A stretch of DNA of 60,568 bases, counting the filler. It is 6 parts of 6 records of this genome, joined end to end, with 100 filler letters (N's around TTAATTAATTAA, not from the genome) between each part and the next. Parts side by side here need not be neighbours in the genome. Positions count along the whole stretch, not along the records: positions 37,049 to 52,167 come from SRR31156797_4195; 5 more parts are not named here. The stretch is one strand, 5' to 3'. The notes under the pieces were generated by a model, which saw only the letters and a program-made list of their open reading frames with translations, made no database searches and was not told the DNA's origin. This document shows, one piece after another, positions 38,473 to 49,323 of the stretch (position 1 is its first letter; each line of letters opens with the position of its first letter). The position numbers were made by a program, and so were the translations under genes.

Positions 38473-40758
38473 ATGAAAAAGCTTTGTGCCGCCATTGCCA
38501 TACTTCTTTTTAATATGAGTATGAATGGTCAATCAAATCAGTCTACCCAAAACCTACTGGCCTTCTCCAAAGCATTCGGATACGTTAAATATTTTCACCC
38601 CAGTGATGAGGCATATGAGTTAGACTGGAATACATTTTCGGCCTACGGTGCCCGACAAGTGGAGAATTGCAAAAATAATAAGGAACTGGCCGATGCATTA
38701 AATAAACTATTTGCTCCTATTGCTCCGTCTGTTCGTTTTCAGTTAAAAAAACAGCAAACCCCATATAACAATCAGCTTTTAATTCCCCGCGACAGCTCCA
38801 ATTACCAGCCAATATATTGGCAACATAGGGGCGTTGATTTTAATATGGTGCACAAAAAAGGAAGCTATTCACCTTATCAAAGCATCAGGGTAAATAAAAG
38901 CCAAAAACAGGATCAATCTTCTCCGTTTGGCAATATTATGACTTCGATAGATCCTACTGATATAAAAGGCAAAGTTTTTAAATACGAAGGTTGGGCCAAA
39001 CTAAAAGCAGATAGCGAAGGTCAGGGACAGTTTTGGATAAGAGTAGATAAACCTGATAAAAAAGTAGGTTTCTTTAATAACTCAAAAGACAATCCGATTA
39101 AGAGCGATCAATGGAAGAAATTTGAAATTACCGGAACTATAGACGAGGATGCCAAAGGAATTGTATTAGGATGTTTTTTATTAGGCAAAGGAACCTTATG
39201 GTTCGATCAACTTAAATTTTCAATTAAAGAGGACGACCAGTGGGTTGAAGTTCTTATTAAAAACAGCGATTTTGAAACAGAGAATATTAAAATTGGCAGA
39301 CAGGCAAGTTCTTTGAAATGGATGGGCTTGGGTAATGGTTATGAGTTTTGCCGAACGCAAGAAGAGTCTTACACTAGCACCAATAGTGCTCAAATCAAAT
39401 ACAAAGGTGTATATGATATTAAAGAGGGTGATCCTTTGTTTTTCTGCGGCCCTGAATTTGGTCAAATTATTGAAAAAGAAATTGTTGATGGCGTTATTTG
39501 CCAGATTCCTTTGGTATTATATGGGAATATTGATTCCTCCTGCCCCATGGCTGACAAAGACCAATTAAGCTTGCTGACTTCAGAAATAAAAAACACAAGC
39601 ATAGCACCCGAAGACGTTTATACCAGAATCGGAAATATCATTACATGCTATAATATATTTCAACATTTTTACCCTTATTTTGAGGTTGTAGAGGTAGACT
39701 GGCAACAGGAATTGATAAAAGCCATTGAGCAGTCGTATACTGATAAAAATGGGAATGATCATTTAAAAACCTTACAACAATTAACTGCTACGTTAAAAGA
39801 TGGTCACATCAGGGTACAAAGTCCCTTTAATAAAAGCTATATTCCTCCAATTTTATGGGAATGGATAGAAAATAAATTGGTAATAACTCATGTAGAGGAC
39901 AAAAACCTTTCTATTAAACCAGGAGATATTGTTGAAAAGATAAATAACATCTCGCCCGAAGAATTTTTTGCACAAACCTGCACTTATATTTCGGCTGCCA
40001 CAACAGGTTATTTAAACCTTATTGCCAGCAAAAGAAGTTTGTATGGAGAAGAAGGAAGTACTTTGCAGCTTAGCATTAATCAAACAGACTATACCTTAAA
40101 AAGAAATTACAAATACTATGATGTATACCGGAATCAGGAGAAACCAAAGTACACCTATCATTTTTATCAGGATAGCAGCATTGTATACCTGAATCTGGAT
40201 GAAATAGAAATGGATACGATTCAATCACTAATGCCTGAATTACAAAATTCAAAAGCTATCATTTGCGATTTAAGAGGATACCCCAACGGCAATCATGATT
40301 TTATTTCGCATTTACTCAAAGAAGATGACCAGGATGGCGCATGGATGCAAGTGCCTCAAATAATTTATCCTGATTACGAAAATTTATGCGGTTTTGAAAA
40401 ACATGGTTGGCACCTAAAAGCTAAAGAACCTTACCTTGGAGACAAGCAAGTACTGTTTTTAACAAACGAACAAGCCATTAGCTATGCCGAAAGTTATATG
40501 AGTTTTATTGAAGGATACAAACTAGCCACTATAATTGGTCAGCCAACTGCTGGAACCAATGGTAATGTAAATACTTTTGAGTTATTGGGAGGGTACAAAA
40601 TAAGATTCACTGGAATGAAAGTAATAAAGCACGATGGTAGCCCGCTACATGGCACTGGCATTATTCCTGATGTAATCATCAATAAAACCATTGCTGGTAT
40701 AAAAGAAGGAAGAGATGAATATCTTGAAAAAGCCTTTGAAATGATAGGCACTCTTTAA
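38473..40758 (+). CDS. Secreted S41-family peptidase with inserted beta-sandwich domain
   Basis: GYVKYFHPS, LKDGH, PDZ-like KPGDIV, DLRGYP, catalytic ISYAES, GQPTAGTNG, GIIPD. Confidence 0.9.
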   Translation: MKKLCAAIAILLFNMSMNGQSNQSTQNLLAFSKAFGYVKYFHPSDEAYELDWNTFSAYGARQVENCKNNKELADALNKLFAPIAPSVRFQLKKQQTPYNNQLLIPRDSSNYQPIYWQHRGVDFNMVHKKGSYSPYQSIRVNKSQKQDQSSPFGNIMTSIDPTDIKGKVFKYEGWAKLKADSEGQGQFWIRVDKPDKKVGFFNNSKDNPIKSDQWKKFEITGTIDEDAKGIVLGCFLLGKGTLWFDQLKFSIKEDDQWVEVLIKNSDFETENIKIGRQASSLKWMGLGNGYEFCRTQEESYTSTNSAQIKYKGVYDIKEGDPLFFCGPEFGQIIEKEIVDGVICQIPLVLYGNIDSSCPMADKDQLSLLTSEIKNTSIAPEDVYTRIGNIITCYNIFQHFYPYFEVVEVDWQQELIKAIEQSYTDKNGNDHLKTLQQLTATLKDGHIRVQSPFNKSYIPPILWEWIENKLVITHVEDKNLSIKPGDIVEKINNISPEEFFAQTCTYISAATTGYLNLIASKRSLYGEEGSTLQLSINQTDYTLKRNYKYYDVYRNQEKPKYTYHFYQDSSIVYLNLDEIEMDTIQSLMPELQNSKAIICDLRGYPNGNHDFISHLLKEDDQDGAWMQVPQIIYPDYENLCGFEKHGWHLKAKEPYLGDKQVLFLTNEQAISYAESYMSFIEGYKLATIIGQPTAGTNGNVNTFELLGGYKIRFTGMKVIKHDGSPLHGTGIIPDVIINKTIAGIKEGRDEYLEKAFEMIGTL

Positions 40759-41091
40759 TTAATATTTCATATACATTTCTATTATAAAAACATTTTATCC
40801 TCCTTAGTTTAATAACAAATTACATGGTCAAACTTTAAAAAAGCATTTTATTATGAATTGCACAAAAAAACACAATAAACAACTCTGGATTAACCCTTTA
40901 AGAACATAACTATATTTAAAGAAACACTTGGATGTTTTTATAATTGAGTTCTTTTTTCTCAAGCAATAGTCAATTATTTCTATTTTTACTCATTGGTATT
41001 TGCCGTATGATATAGTTTTCATTTTATAAACTAATAGAAAACCACTAATTATCAACTAGAAAAAATCTTTATAGCATTGTCAGAAAATAGA

Positions 41092-41754
41092 ATGCACAAA
41101 TTATCCGAAATAAATTTTGTTTTAGTAGGTATGCCATCCTCTGGCAAGAGTACTATCGCAAGGATATTTTCGTCATTGTTAGGTAAAGAGCTATTAAATT
41201 GTGATGAATACTTTGATCAAATATTAAATCAGCCATCTAATAAAATAGCTTTAGATTATTTTCAATTACAATTTCCTAATAAGAAAAACGAAAGCTTTAT
41301 AAAATGTGCAGGCTCCGAAGACTTTATTAAACACTACGGCGAAGATCTGTTTCGTGATTATGAAGAATATTTGAATATTCGCACCATAGAAAAAAAGGAA
41401 ACGACCAAACTGATGGTTGATTTACCTGGTAAAATATTTATGCGCAAAAACTTCAGACAGAAACTAAAGGAACACAAATACATTTCAATATTTCTAAACG
41501 TTAACAAAAACATATTAATTGAGCGCTTATCAGATAATCAAACCTGGAAGCAACGTTCCATATACAAATTGGCAGAAGAAAATGGTTATGGCTGGAAGAA
41601 GCTTTTTAATGATGACTATAACGAACGCTATAATACCTACTCTAAAGCGGATATAATTTATAACATAAGCCAGTACGAATCACCAATGACATCAGTAAAT
41701 AATATTATTGATGCCATTGAAAAATATAGAAGCAATATAAATGGGCAAGCTTAG
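41092..41754 (+). CDS. Divergent shikimate kinase-like P-loop kinase
   Basis: VLVGMPSSGKST, GEDLFRDYE, ER...Y..AD; lacks the GGG motif. Confidence 0.7.
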   Translation: MHKLSEINFVLVGMPSSGKSTIARIFSSLLGKELLNCDEYFDQILNQPSNKIALDYFQLQFPNKKNESFIKCAGSEDFIKHYGEDLFRDYEEYLNIRTIEKKETTKLMVDLPGKIFMRKNFRQKLKEHKYISIFLNVNKNILIERLSDNQTWKQRSIYKLAEENGYGWKKLFNDDYNERYNTYSKADIIYNISQYESPMTSVNNIIDAIEKYRSNINGQA

Positions 41755-42725
41755 TGTCCAATAACATTCACTCTTTCGTACTCCAATAAGGTATCTTTGC
41801 GTAAATTATTTTGTACCTCCTCGCTCAATGCCATATAGAACTTATGCAAACCCATTTCCTGTAACCAGGTTATATCAATACCCATTCCAGTAAGTTCTTT
41901 GCTCTTCTCATGTATCTGTTCCTCAATATCCACATTGTTCTTTCTCTTCTCCTCTACATTATCTAAATATATATTGGATAAGAAGTCATTTACTTTCTGA
42001 ATGGAATTAAAGTGAAACTTTAAGTTTATGAGCATATTCAAAACAAAATTAGATAGATGCCCACATTTAAAAGCTAAATTATCTAAATCTCTAATCTTCA
42101 CTTCTTCAGGTATTTCCTTATTCTTCAAATGATCGATAGTAACATCTACTTCAATATCAAAATTACGTAGCTGCAATTCAAACTTATGCAATTGCTGATA
42201 ATGCTCCGGAGAGCTGGTAAAGCGGTCAATTTTAACATCTTCCGGAAGCACCTTAAACTTTAATATATGTTCCTCAGAGGGGTAAAAGGAATCGTATTTA
42301 TCTTTTAGCTTAAGTTTTATTGCACTTAACACCACCATGTTTCTGTAAAAATGACGTATTAAATCCTTAAGAAGCTCTTCCTGCATTACTTTATTAATAC
42401 TATTCTGCTTAGTATCTAGGCGAATAGACCACACTGCAAGAAAAGTAGCAAGTGCCCCAATTAAAGCCAGCGTTATATTTAAGTATTCATCCCAGTCGGT
42501 AGAACTTAAAGGAGTTGGTTCGGTATTGATGGCAGTCTGTTTAGATGCTTCAGAAATGGAATCAATTTTAGCCTTGTATAAATCAATTGTTTTTAAGCTA
42601 ATATTAGTTTCTGAAACAAGCTCATTACTTACTTGCGTTTCTCCTTTTAACTGATTGTTTGAGATATCATTGGCTAAAACATAGCAGGAATAAAATAATA
42701 AAAACAGAATAGTATAATACTTCAT
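41751..42725 (-). CDS. Hypothetical protein with signal peptide and one TM helix
   Basis: 324-aa ORF; N-terminal signal, TM LNITLALIGALATFLAVW, helical C-terminal domain. Confidence 0.75.
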   Translation of the reverse strand: MKYYTILFLLFYSCYVLANDISNNQLKGETQVSNELVSETNISLKTIDLYKAKIDSISEASKQTAINTEPTPLSSTDWDEYLNITLALIGALATFLAVWSIRLDTKQNSINKVMQEELLKDLIRHFYRNMVVLSAIKLKLKDKYDSFYPSEEHILKFKVLPEDVKIDRFTSSPEHYQQLHKFELQLRNFDIEVDVTIDHLKNKEIPEEVKIRDLDNLAFKCGHLSNFVLNMLINLKFHFNSIQKVNDFLSNIYLDNVEEKRKNNVDIEEQIHEKSKELTGMGIDITWLQEMGLHKFYMALSEEVQNNLRKDTLLEYERVNVIGH

Positions 42726-42763
42726 AATTATTAGGATTAAGATTTAATTATTTTGTTGAAATA

Positions 42764-42798
42764 ACAAAGCCAGTAAGCAATTCGCCTTCTGGCTTTGT
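42764..42798 (-). terminator. Hairpin after tRNA-Arg, likely terminator
   Basis: ACAAAGCCAG / CTGGCTTTGT. Confidence 0.65.
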
Positions 42799-42806
42799 GG
42801 TTTAAG

Positions 42807-42878
42807 TGACCCCTACGGGATTCGAACCCATATCGCTGGAACCGGAATCCAGTATTCTATCCATTGAACTAAGGGGCC
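42807..42878 (-). tRNA. tRNA-Arg(CCG)
   Basis: Reverse complement folds as a cloverleaf: acceptor GGCCCCT/AGGGGTC, anticodon arm CTGGA-TTCCGGT-TCCAG, T-loop GGTTCGAATCC; CCA not encoded. Confidence 0.96.
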
Positions 42879-43070
42879 TTTATGTGGTGGGCACATTTAG
42901 ATATCTAAATAAATACACTGTGTTCAAAGTCGCGCAAATTTATAAAAACTTTTCAAAAGAACAGGGTTGTGTGATAATTCCTTGTTTATTACTAAAGAAA
43001 CCAATAAGCTCCTCTTCACTCTAAATCACACTATTTATCCATGCCAAGAAGTAGAGTTAAATAGATAATC

Positions 43071-43182
43071 CACTGAAAACTGTTTACAGATAACTACTAA
43101 CTAAAACCTACTCACTGTTCATTGAGCCCTGTTAACTGATACTTGCTCACTGATAACTGTTAATTGTACCCTGATAATTGTA
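43071..43182. repeat. Degenerate heptamer tandem array, 16 units, consensus (A/C)ACTG(A/T)T
   Basis: cactgaa aactgtt tacagat aactact aactaaa acctact cactgtt cattgag ccctgtt aactgat acttgct cactgat aactgtt aattgta ccctgat aattgta, no phase break. Confidence 0.8.
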
Positions 43183-43260
43183 AAAGATTTTATAATTTCG
43201 CAGCTTCTAACCTGAGTTTATTTCAGTGTAAGCATTTAAGGATTCTATAGACATCAAAAA

Positions 43261-46047
43261 ATGGAGTATAATTTTAAAGCCATTGAAGAAAAATGGCAAA
43301 AAGAATGGGTTAATAATCAAACCTATAAAGTTGAAATCGATAAAAATCGTCCGAAGTTTTATGTGCTGGACATGTTCCCTTATCCTTCAGGAGCCGGATT
43401 ACATGTGGGTCACCCACTCGGATATATAGCCTCTGATATCTACAGTCGCTATAAAAGATTAAATGGCTTCAACGTACTTCACCCAATGGGTTACGACGCC
43501 TATGGTTTGCCGGCCGAGCAATATGCTATTCAAACCGGACAACATCCGGCTATCACCACTAAAAAAAACCTGGATCGTTATCGCGAGCAGTTAGATAAAA
43601 TTGGCTTTTGTTACGATTGGGATCGTGAAATCAAAACCTGCGATCCATCTTATTATCACTGGACACAGTGGGCATTTATTCAAATGTTCAACCACTACTA
43701 TTGCAACAAAACTCAAAAAGCACAGCCTATTACGGCATTAGCTGACGCTTTCGATACCGCGGGTACCGAAGGTATAGATGCGTCACAAACCGAAAAACTT
43801 TCGTTTACTGCTGAAGAATGGAAAGCAAAATCAGATAAAGAACAACAAGAAATATTATTAAACTATCGTTTGGCCTATTTGGCTGATACGATGGTAAACT
43901 GGTGTCCTGCTTTAGGAACTGTATTGGCTAACGACGAAGTTAAGGAAGGTATCTCCGTTCGAGGTGGTCATCCGGTTGAGCAAAAAGTAATGCGCCAGTG
44001 GTTGTTGCGCGTTTCTGCTTATTCCGAAAGATTACTGGAAGGCTTAAACAATGTTGACTGGACCGACTCTCTTAAGGAAATTCAGCGTAACTGGATTGGC
44101 AAGAGTGAAGGAGCTGAGATGCAATTTAAGGTAAAAGATTCCGATGTAGTAATGGATATCTTTACTACTCGTGCCGACACGGTATTTGGTGTAACATTTA
44201 TGGTACTGGCTCCAGAAAGTGAATTGGTAGATCAGTTAACAACTGAAGCACAAAAAGCTGAAGTAGAAGCTTACGTGGCAGAAACAAAAAAACGTACGGA
44301 GCGCGAGCGTCAGGCTGAAGTAGATAAAGTAACCGGCGTATTTAGTGGTTCATATGCCATCAATCCTTTATCTGGAGAAGAAATTCCGGTTTGGATTGGC
44401 GATTATGTATTGGCCGGTTATGGAACCGGAGCTGTGATGGCTGTACCAGGACATGACTCCCGCGACTTTAAGTTTGCTCGTCAGTTTAACTTACCAATTA
44501 TTCAGGTGGTTATTCCTGAAGGAGAAGAAGCAACTGATCCGGCTACATGGGAAGATTCTAAAGATTCAAAAGCCGGAACTATGATTAACTCAGGCTTTTT
44601 AGATGGCCTTTCGGTACCGGAAGCTATTGCAAAAACTAAAGAATACATCCGAGAAAAAAATGTGGGTGATGTACAAACCAACTACCGCTTGCGCGATGCT
44701 ATTTTTAGCCGTCAGCGTTATTGGGGAGAACCATTCCCTGTATATTATAAAGATGATATGCCACAAATGGTGGATGCAGCTGATCTTCCATTGGAATTAC
44801 CTGAAATTGACAAGTTTTTACCTACCGAAAAAGGAGAACCTCCATTGGGAAGAGCTAAAAACTGGGTATACAAAGATGCTTATCCATTGGAATTAAACAC
44901 CATGCCAGGTTTTGCAGGTTCATCTGCATATTACTTGCGTTACATGGATCCTAAAAACGACAAAGCATTAGTTGGTAAAGAAGCTAATGAATATTGGCAG
45001 GATGTAGATTTATATATTGGAGGTACAGAGCACGCTACCGGTCACCTAATCTACTCTCGTTTCTGGAACAAATTCTTATTTGATATAGGCGAAGTAATTA
45101 AAGATGAGCCATACAAAAAACTGATTAACCAGGGAATGATCCAGGGAAGATCAAACTTTGTATATCGCATCAACGGAACCAATACTTTCGTATCATATAA
45201 CTTACGCAAAGAACACAAAACTACAGCTATTCATGTAGATGTAAATATCGTAAGTAATGATGTGCTGGATGTTGAGAAGTTCAAAAACTGGAATCCGGAA
45301 TATAAAGATGCAGAATTTATTCTTGAAGATGGAAAATACGTATGTGGCTGGGCAGTTGAAAAGATGTCTAAGTCAATGTTTAACGTTGTGAATCCAGATG
45401 ATATCATTGAAGAGTACGGAGCAGACACGCTGCGTTTATACGAAATGTTCTTAGGTCCTTTAGAGCAAAGTAAGCCTTGGGATACAAACGGAATCGACGG
45501 AGTTCATAAATTCCTTCGTAAAACATGGCGTTTGTTCTATAATGCTGATGGCGAGTTTGAAGTATCTGATGAAAAAGCCACTAAAGACGAATTAAAGGTA
45601 TTACACAAAACCATTAAAAAAGTCAACGAAGATATAGAGCGATTCTCTTTCAACACATGTGTGAGTGGTTTTATGATTTGTGTAAATGAACTGAACGACC
45701 TGAAGTGTAACAAACGAGAAATATTGGAATCCTTAACTACCTTATTGGCTCCTTTTGCTCCGCATTTAAGCGAAGAACTATGGGCTTTACTGGGACATGA
45801 ACAAACAGTATGCGATACAGCCTGGCCTCAATTCGAAGCTTCATATTTGGTAGAAAGTACATTTAGCTACCCGGTTTCTTTCAACGGTAAAATGCGTTTT
45901 AAACTGGAGATGCCAGTTGACGCAGCTAATGATGTAATTGAAGAAGCCGTAAAGACACATGAAAGTGCGCAAAAGTGGTTAGAAGGAAAAACTGTGAGAA
46001 AAATCATTATTGTTCCTAAGAAAATAATCAACGTGGTAGTGGGTTAA
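43261..46047 (+). CDS. leuS: Leucine--tRNA ligase
   Basis: [14 protein letters not shown], editing domain [31 protein letters not shown]. Confidence 0.99.
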   Translation: MEYNFKAIEEKWQKEWVNNQTYKVEIDKNRPKFYVLDMFPYPSGAGLHVGHPLGYIASDIYSRYKRLNGFNVLHPMGYDAYGLPAEQYAIQTGQHPAITTKKNLDRYREQLDKIGFCYDWDREIKTCDPSYYHWTQWAFIQMFNHYYCNKTQKAQPITALADAFDTAGTEGIDASQTEKLSFTAEEWKAKSDKEQQEILLNYRLAYLADTMVNWCPALGTVLANDEVKEGISVRGGHPVEQKVMRQWLLRVSAYSERLLEGLNNVDWTDSLKEIQRNWIGKSEGAEMQFKVKDSDVVMDIFTTRADTVFGVTFMVLAPESELVDQLTTEAQKAEVEAYVAETKKRTERERQAEVDKVTGVFSGSYAINPLSGEEIPVWIGDYVLAGYGTGAVMAVPGHDSRDFKFARQFNLPIIQVVIPEGEEATDPATWEDSKDSKAGTMINSGFLDGLSVPEAIAKTKEYIREKNVGDVQTNYRLRDAIFSRQRYWGEPFPVYYKDDMPQMVDAADLPLELPEIDKFLPTEKGEPPLGRAKNWVYKDAYPLELNTMPGFAGSSAYYLRYMDPKNDKALVGKEANEYWQDVDLYIGGTEHATGHLIYSRFWNKFLFDIGEVIKDEPYKKLINQGMIQGRSNFVYRINGTNTFVSYNLRKEHKTTAIHVDVNIVSNDVLDVEKFKNWNPEYKDAEFILEDGKYVCGWAVEKMSKSMFNVVNPDDIIEEYGADTLRLYEMFLGPLEQSKPWDTNGIDGVHKFLRKTWRLFYNADGEFEVSDEKATKDELKVLHKTIKKVNEDIERFSFNTCVSGFMICVNELNDLKCNKREILESLTTLLAPFAPHLSEELWALLGHEQTVCDTAWPQFEASYLVESTFSYPVSFNGKMRFKLEMPVDAANDVIEEAVKTHESAQKWLEGKTVRKIIIVPKKIINVVVG

Positions 46048-46101
46048 TCTCACTACCATTTCCTTACTTTGTCGAATAAATATTTACCCATTTATTCGGC
46101 A

Positions 46102-46962
46102 ATGAATACACAAAAAATCATTCAAGAAGCTAAGTCCTACACCATCCTTACTTTTGCCCTATTTGTGGCATGTTTAGGATGGGCTGGCTTTCTGATTCCC
46201 TCAGGCGTAGTTGGCGGTGGTATCACCGGTCTTTCTACCATTTTTCACCTTTTATGGGGCTGGGATGTTGGTGTCACCAATCTGATTATCAATTCAGTTT
46301 TAGTTATTGCAGCAATCAAAATGCTTGGATTCTCTTTCGGGATTAAAAGCATATATGGTATTGTAGTATTTGCAGGTTTCTTGTCACTCCTCATGAGTAA
46401 ATTCCATGCTCCCGTTGTAAGTGATGAATTTATGGCTACACTTATCGGAGCTACCTTAGCCGGTGCCGGTGCCGGGATGATATTTGTTCAGGGAGGTAGT
46501 ACCGGTGGAACTGATATTATTGCCATGATTATAAATAAATATCGCAATATCAGCCTGGGGCGTTTAATCCTGTTGCAGGATGTGGTTATTATTCTTTCTG
46601 CGTATTTTATCTTTCATGATATTGAGAGAGTCATGTACGGTTTTATTACCATGGCAGTGTTTGGCTATGCTGTAGATATGGTTATATCCGGTAATAAATC
46701 AACCGTGCAGTTTTTTATTATTAGCGAAAAGTACCGAGAAATATCAGATCGTATTATTTATGATACAGAAAAAGGCGTTACTATTTTAGATGGAGAAGGC
46801 GGTTATACCGGTAATTCAAAAAAAGTACTAATGGTAATCTCTAAAAAGAGAACCTCTGCTATTCTTTTTAGAATTATAAAAGATATTGATCCAAATGCAT
46901 TTGTAACCATGGGAACGGTTTCTGGAGTATATGGTAAAGGCTTCGATCAGATAAAAGCTTAA
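46102..46962 (+). CDS. YitT-family membrane protein
   Basis: GGITGLS, GGSTGGTDIIA, DIDPNAFV, VYGKGF. Confidence 0.92.
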   Translation: MNTQKIIQEAKSYTILTFALFVACLGWAGFLIPSGVVGGGITGLSTIFHLLWGWDVGVTNLIINSVLVIAAIKMLGFSFGIKSIYGIVVFAGFLSLLMSKFHAPVVSDEFMATLIGATLAGAGAGMIFVQGGSTGGTDIIAMIINKYRNISLGRLILLQDVVIILSAYFIFHDIERVMYGFITMAVFGYAVDMVISGNKSTVQFFIISEKYREISDRIIYDTEKGVTILDGEGGYTGNSKKVLMVISKKRTSAILFRIIKDIDPNAFVTMGTVSGVYGKGFDQIKA

Positions 46963-47038
46963 AAATCTTTTTCCGGGCAGTCATCATAGTTATATACTAT
47001 TGCGTCTATTCAATATCATATCACTAAAAATTTAATGA

Positions 47039-47908
47039 ATGTCTAAAATAACATCTGCTAAAATATTCAATGAAATAAAATCTTATGCCATCCTTACCGT
47101 TGCGGTATGCATATCCTGTTTAGGATGGGCCGGCTTTATTATTCCATCAGATATTGTAGGTGGAGGTATCACCGGTCTTTCCAGTACTTTATACTTTATT
47201 TTCGGATGGGATGTAGGTTTGGTTTCCCTGGCTATCAATGTAGTCTTAATACTTTTAGCCATTAAAATACTAGGCTTCTCCTATGGTATAAAAACCATTT
47301 ACTGTATCGTCGTTTTTTCGACACTGCTCTCTTTCTTCACTAAGTATTTTACAGAACCAGTGGTAAGCGATATTTTTATGGCAACCCTGATTGGTGCAGC
47401 CCTAGGAGGCGGAGGAAGTGCATTGTTATTGATTAATGGAGGTAGCACAGGCGGAACCGAAATAATTGCTATGATTATTAATAAGTATAAAAACATTAGT
47501 CTTGGACGCCTTTTACTGGGACTGGATGTGATTATTATTTCGAGCAGTTATATTGTTTTTCATGATATCGAACGTATCATGTACGGACTCATCACTATGG
47601 CTATTTTCAGTTACTGTGTCGACCTGATGATTACCGGAAATCGTCAATCTGTTCAGATATTTATTATTAGTAATAAACACGAAGAGCTGACCGAAAAAAT
47701 ACTGATTGTTGGCAACAAAGGTGTATCCATTATTGATAGTATTGGCGGCTATACCGGTGAAAACAGAAAGATACTCATGGTTGTTTCTAAAAAAAGAACC
47801 TCTTCTATCCTATTAAAAATAATCAAGGAAATAGATCCGGATGCTTTTGTTACAATGGGGAACGTATCAAATGTGTTTGGAAAAGGTTTTGACAGTATTA
47901 AAGCATAA
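47039..47908 (+). CDS. YitT-family membrane protein (tandem paralog)
   Basis: GGITGLS, GGSTGGTEIIA, EIDPDAFV, VFGKGF. Confidence 0.92.
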   Translation: MSKITSAKIFNEIKSYAILTVAVCISCLGWAGFIIPSDIVGGGITGLSSTLYFIFGWDVGLVSLAINVVLILLAIKILGFSYGIKTIYCIVVFSTLLSFFTKYFTEPVVSDIFMATLIGAALGGGGSALLLINGGSTGGTEIIAMIINKYKNISLGRLLLGLDVIIISSSYIVFHDIERIMYGLITMAIFSYCVDLMITGNRQSVQIFIISNKHEELTEKILIVGNKGVSIIDSIGGYTGENRKILMVVSKKRTSSILLKIIKEIDPDAFVTMGNVSNVFGKGFDSIKA

Positions 47909-47995
47909 AATATGTGATTTAGGCTTGATTTATCGGTATGATGTAATAAATTGCGTGTTCAAACAGAACACAACAATTCAATTTTATAATTCATC

Positions 47996-49276
47996 ATGCA
48001 AAAGATCTTCAAGAATCTCCCATTAAACACGCTGCTAATCATTATAGGACTTACGGTATTTTCTGCCTGTTCATCTGACAAAAAAGCCAAACAAAAAACC
48101 AGCGAATCAGATTCTATTGCCATACAACAACCGGAACCTCCGAACCTATTATTTGGCTTACCAGTGGACTCTTTTGTAATCGAAAACAACAAGGTAAAAC
48201 GAAATGAGTTTTTAGCCTCTATTCTTTTACGTTACGATATTCCTTATAAGAAAATAGATGAGCTTGCACATAAAAGCAAAGAGGTGTTTGATGTTCGAAA
48301 AATCAAAGTGGGAAATCCTTATTTTATGTTTTTAGACCATGATACATTGCATACGGCAAGGTATTTTGTTTACGAAATAGATAAAATCAACTATGTAGTT
48401 TATGATCTGAGTGATTCTATTCAAATCACACCAGGACAAAAAGAGGTAAAAAAGGTTAAAAAAACAGCAACGGGAGTTATTACTTCTTCATTATGGAATG
48501 CCATGTCCGAGAATAATACCAGTCCTGTATTAGCATTGGAATTATCCGATATTTATGCCTGGACTGTTGACTTTTTTGGAATTGAAAATGGCGATTACTT
48601 TAAAGTATTATACACTGAAGATTACGTAGATTCTCTGTCGGTTGGAATAAGCTCAATAGAAGCCGCTTTATTTCATCACAGAGGCGATGATTATTACGCG
48701 TTTAACTTTATGGAAGATAGTGTCACTTATAACTACTTTGATGAAAAAGGGAATAGTCTTCGTAAAGCATTTTTAAAAGCACCTCTTAAATTCTCGCGTA
48801 TTAGCAGTCGTTTTTCTCACAGTCGCTACCATCCGGTATTAAAAATCAGAAGACCTCATCATGGAGTGGATTACGCTGCCCCTAAAGGAACTTTTGTATA
48901 TTCTATTGGTGATGGTAGAGTAATAGCCAAAGGATATCAGGCCAAAGGAGGTGGAAATTATCTAAAAATTAAACACAATAGCGTGTACACAACCGTTTAT
49001 ATGCACCTGAATGGTTTTGCTAAAGGTATTAGCAAAGGTGATAAAGTAAAACAAGGTCAACTGATCGCCTATGTTGGATCTACCGGTTTATCCACTGGCC
49101 CGCACCTTGACTTCCGCGTATTTAAAAACGGCAAACCTATTGACCCTTTAAAAGTAAAAGCTCCACCTGTAGAACCTGTTAAAAAAGAAGATATGAAAAG
49201 GTTTAAAGACTTTTACAAACCCCTAAAGAAAGAAGTAGACGAATTGGATCTACCGGAAACTGAAAAGGCAAAATAA
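47996..49276 (+). CDS. M23-family peptidoglycan DD-endopeptidase (MepM-like lipoprotein)
   Basis: FSAC lipobox; RISSRF, HHGVDYAA, YMHL, STGPHLDF. Confidence 0.93.
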   Translation: MQKIFKNLPLNTLLIIIGLTVFSACSSDKKAKQKTSESDSIAIQQPEPPNLLFGLPVDSFVIENNKVKRNEFLASILLRYDIPYKKIDELAHKSKEVFDVRKIKVGNPYFMFLDHDTLHTARYFVYEIDKINYVVYDLSDSIQITPGQKEVKKVKKTATGVITSSLWNAMSENNTSPVLALELSDIYAWTVDFFGIENGDYFKVLYTEDYVDSLSVGISSIEAALFHHRGDDYYAFNFMEDSVTYNYFDEKGNSLRKAFLKAPLKFSRISSRFSHSRYHPVLKIRRPHHGVDYAAPKGTFVYSIGDGRVIAKGYQAKGGGNYLKIKHNSVYTTVYMHLNGFAKGISKGDKVKQGQLIAYVGSTGLSTGPHLDFRVFKNGKPIDPLKVKAPPVEPVKKEDMKRFKDFYKPLKKEVDELDLPETEKAK

Positions 49277-49290
49277 AGAAAGTATATAAT

Positions 49291-49323
49291 AAAGCTGGTT
49301 CCTGTCTTGAGAAACCAGCTTTT
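49291..49323. terminator. Bidirectional intrinsic terminator
   Basis: AAAGCTGGTT / AACCAGCTTT. Confidence 0.75.

Noticed and set aside
42806..43024. 72-aa + strand ORF
   Set aside because: Antisense shadow of tRNA-Arg
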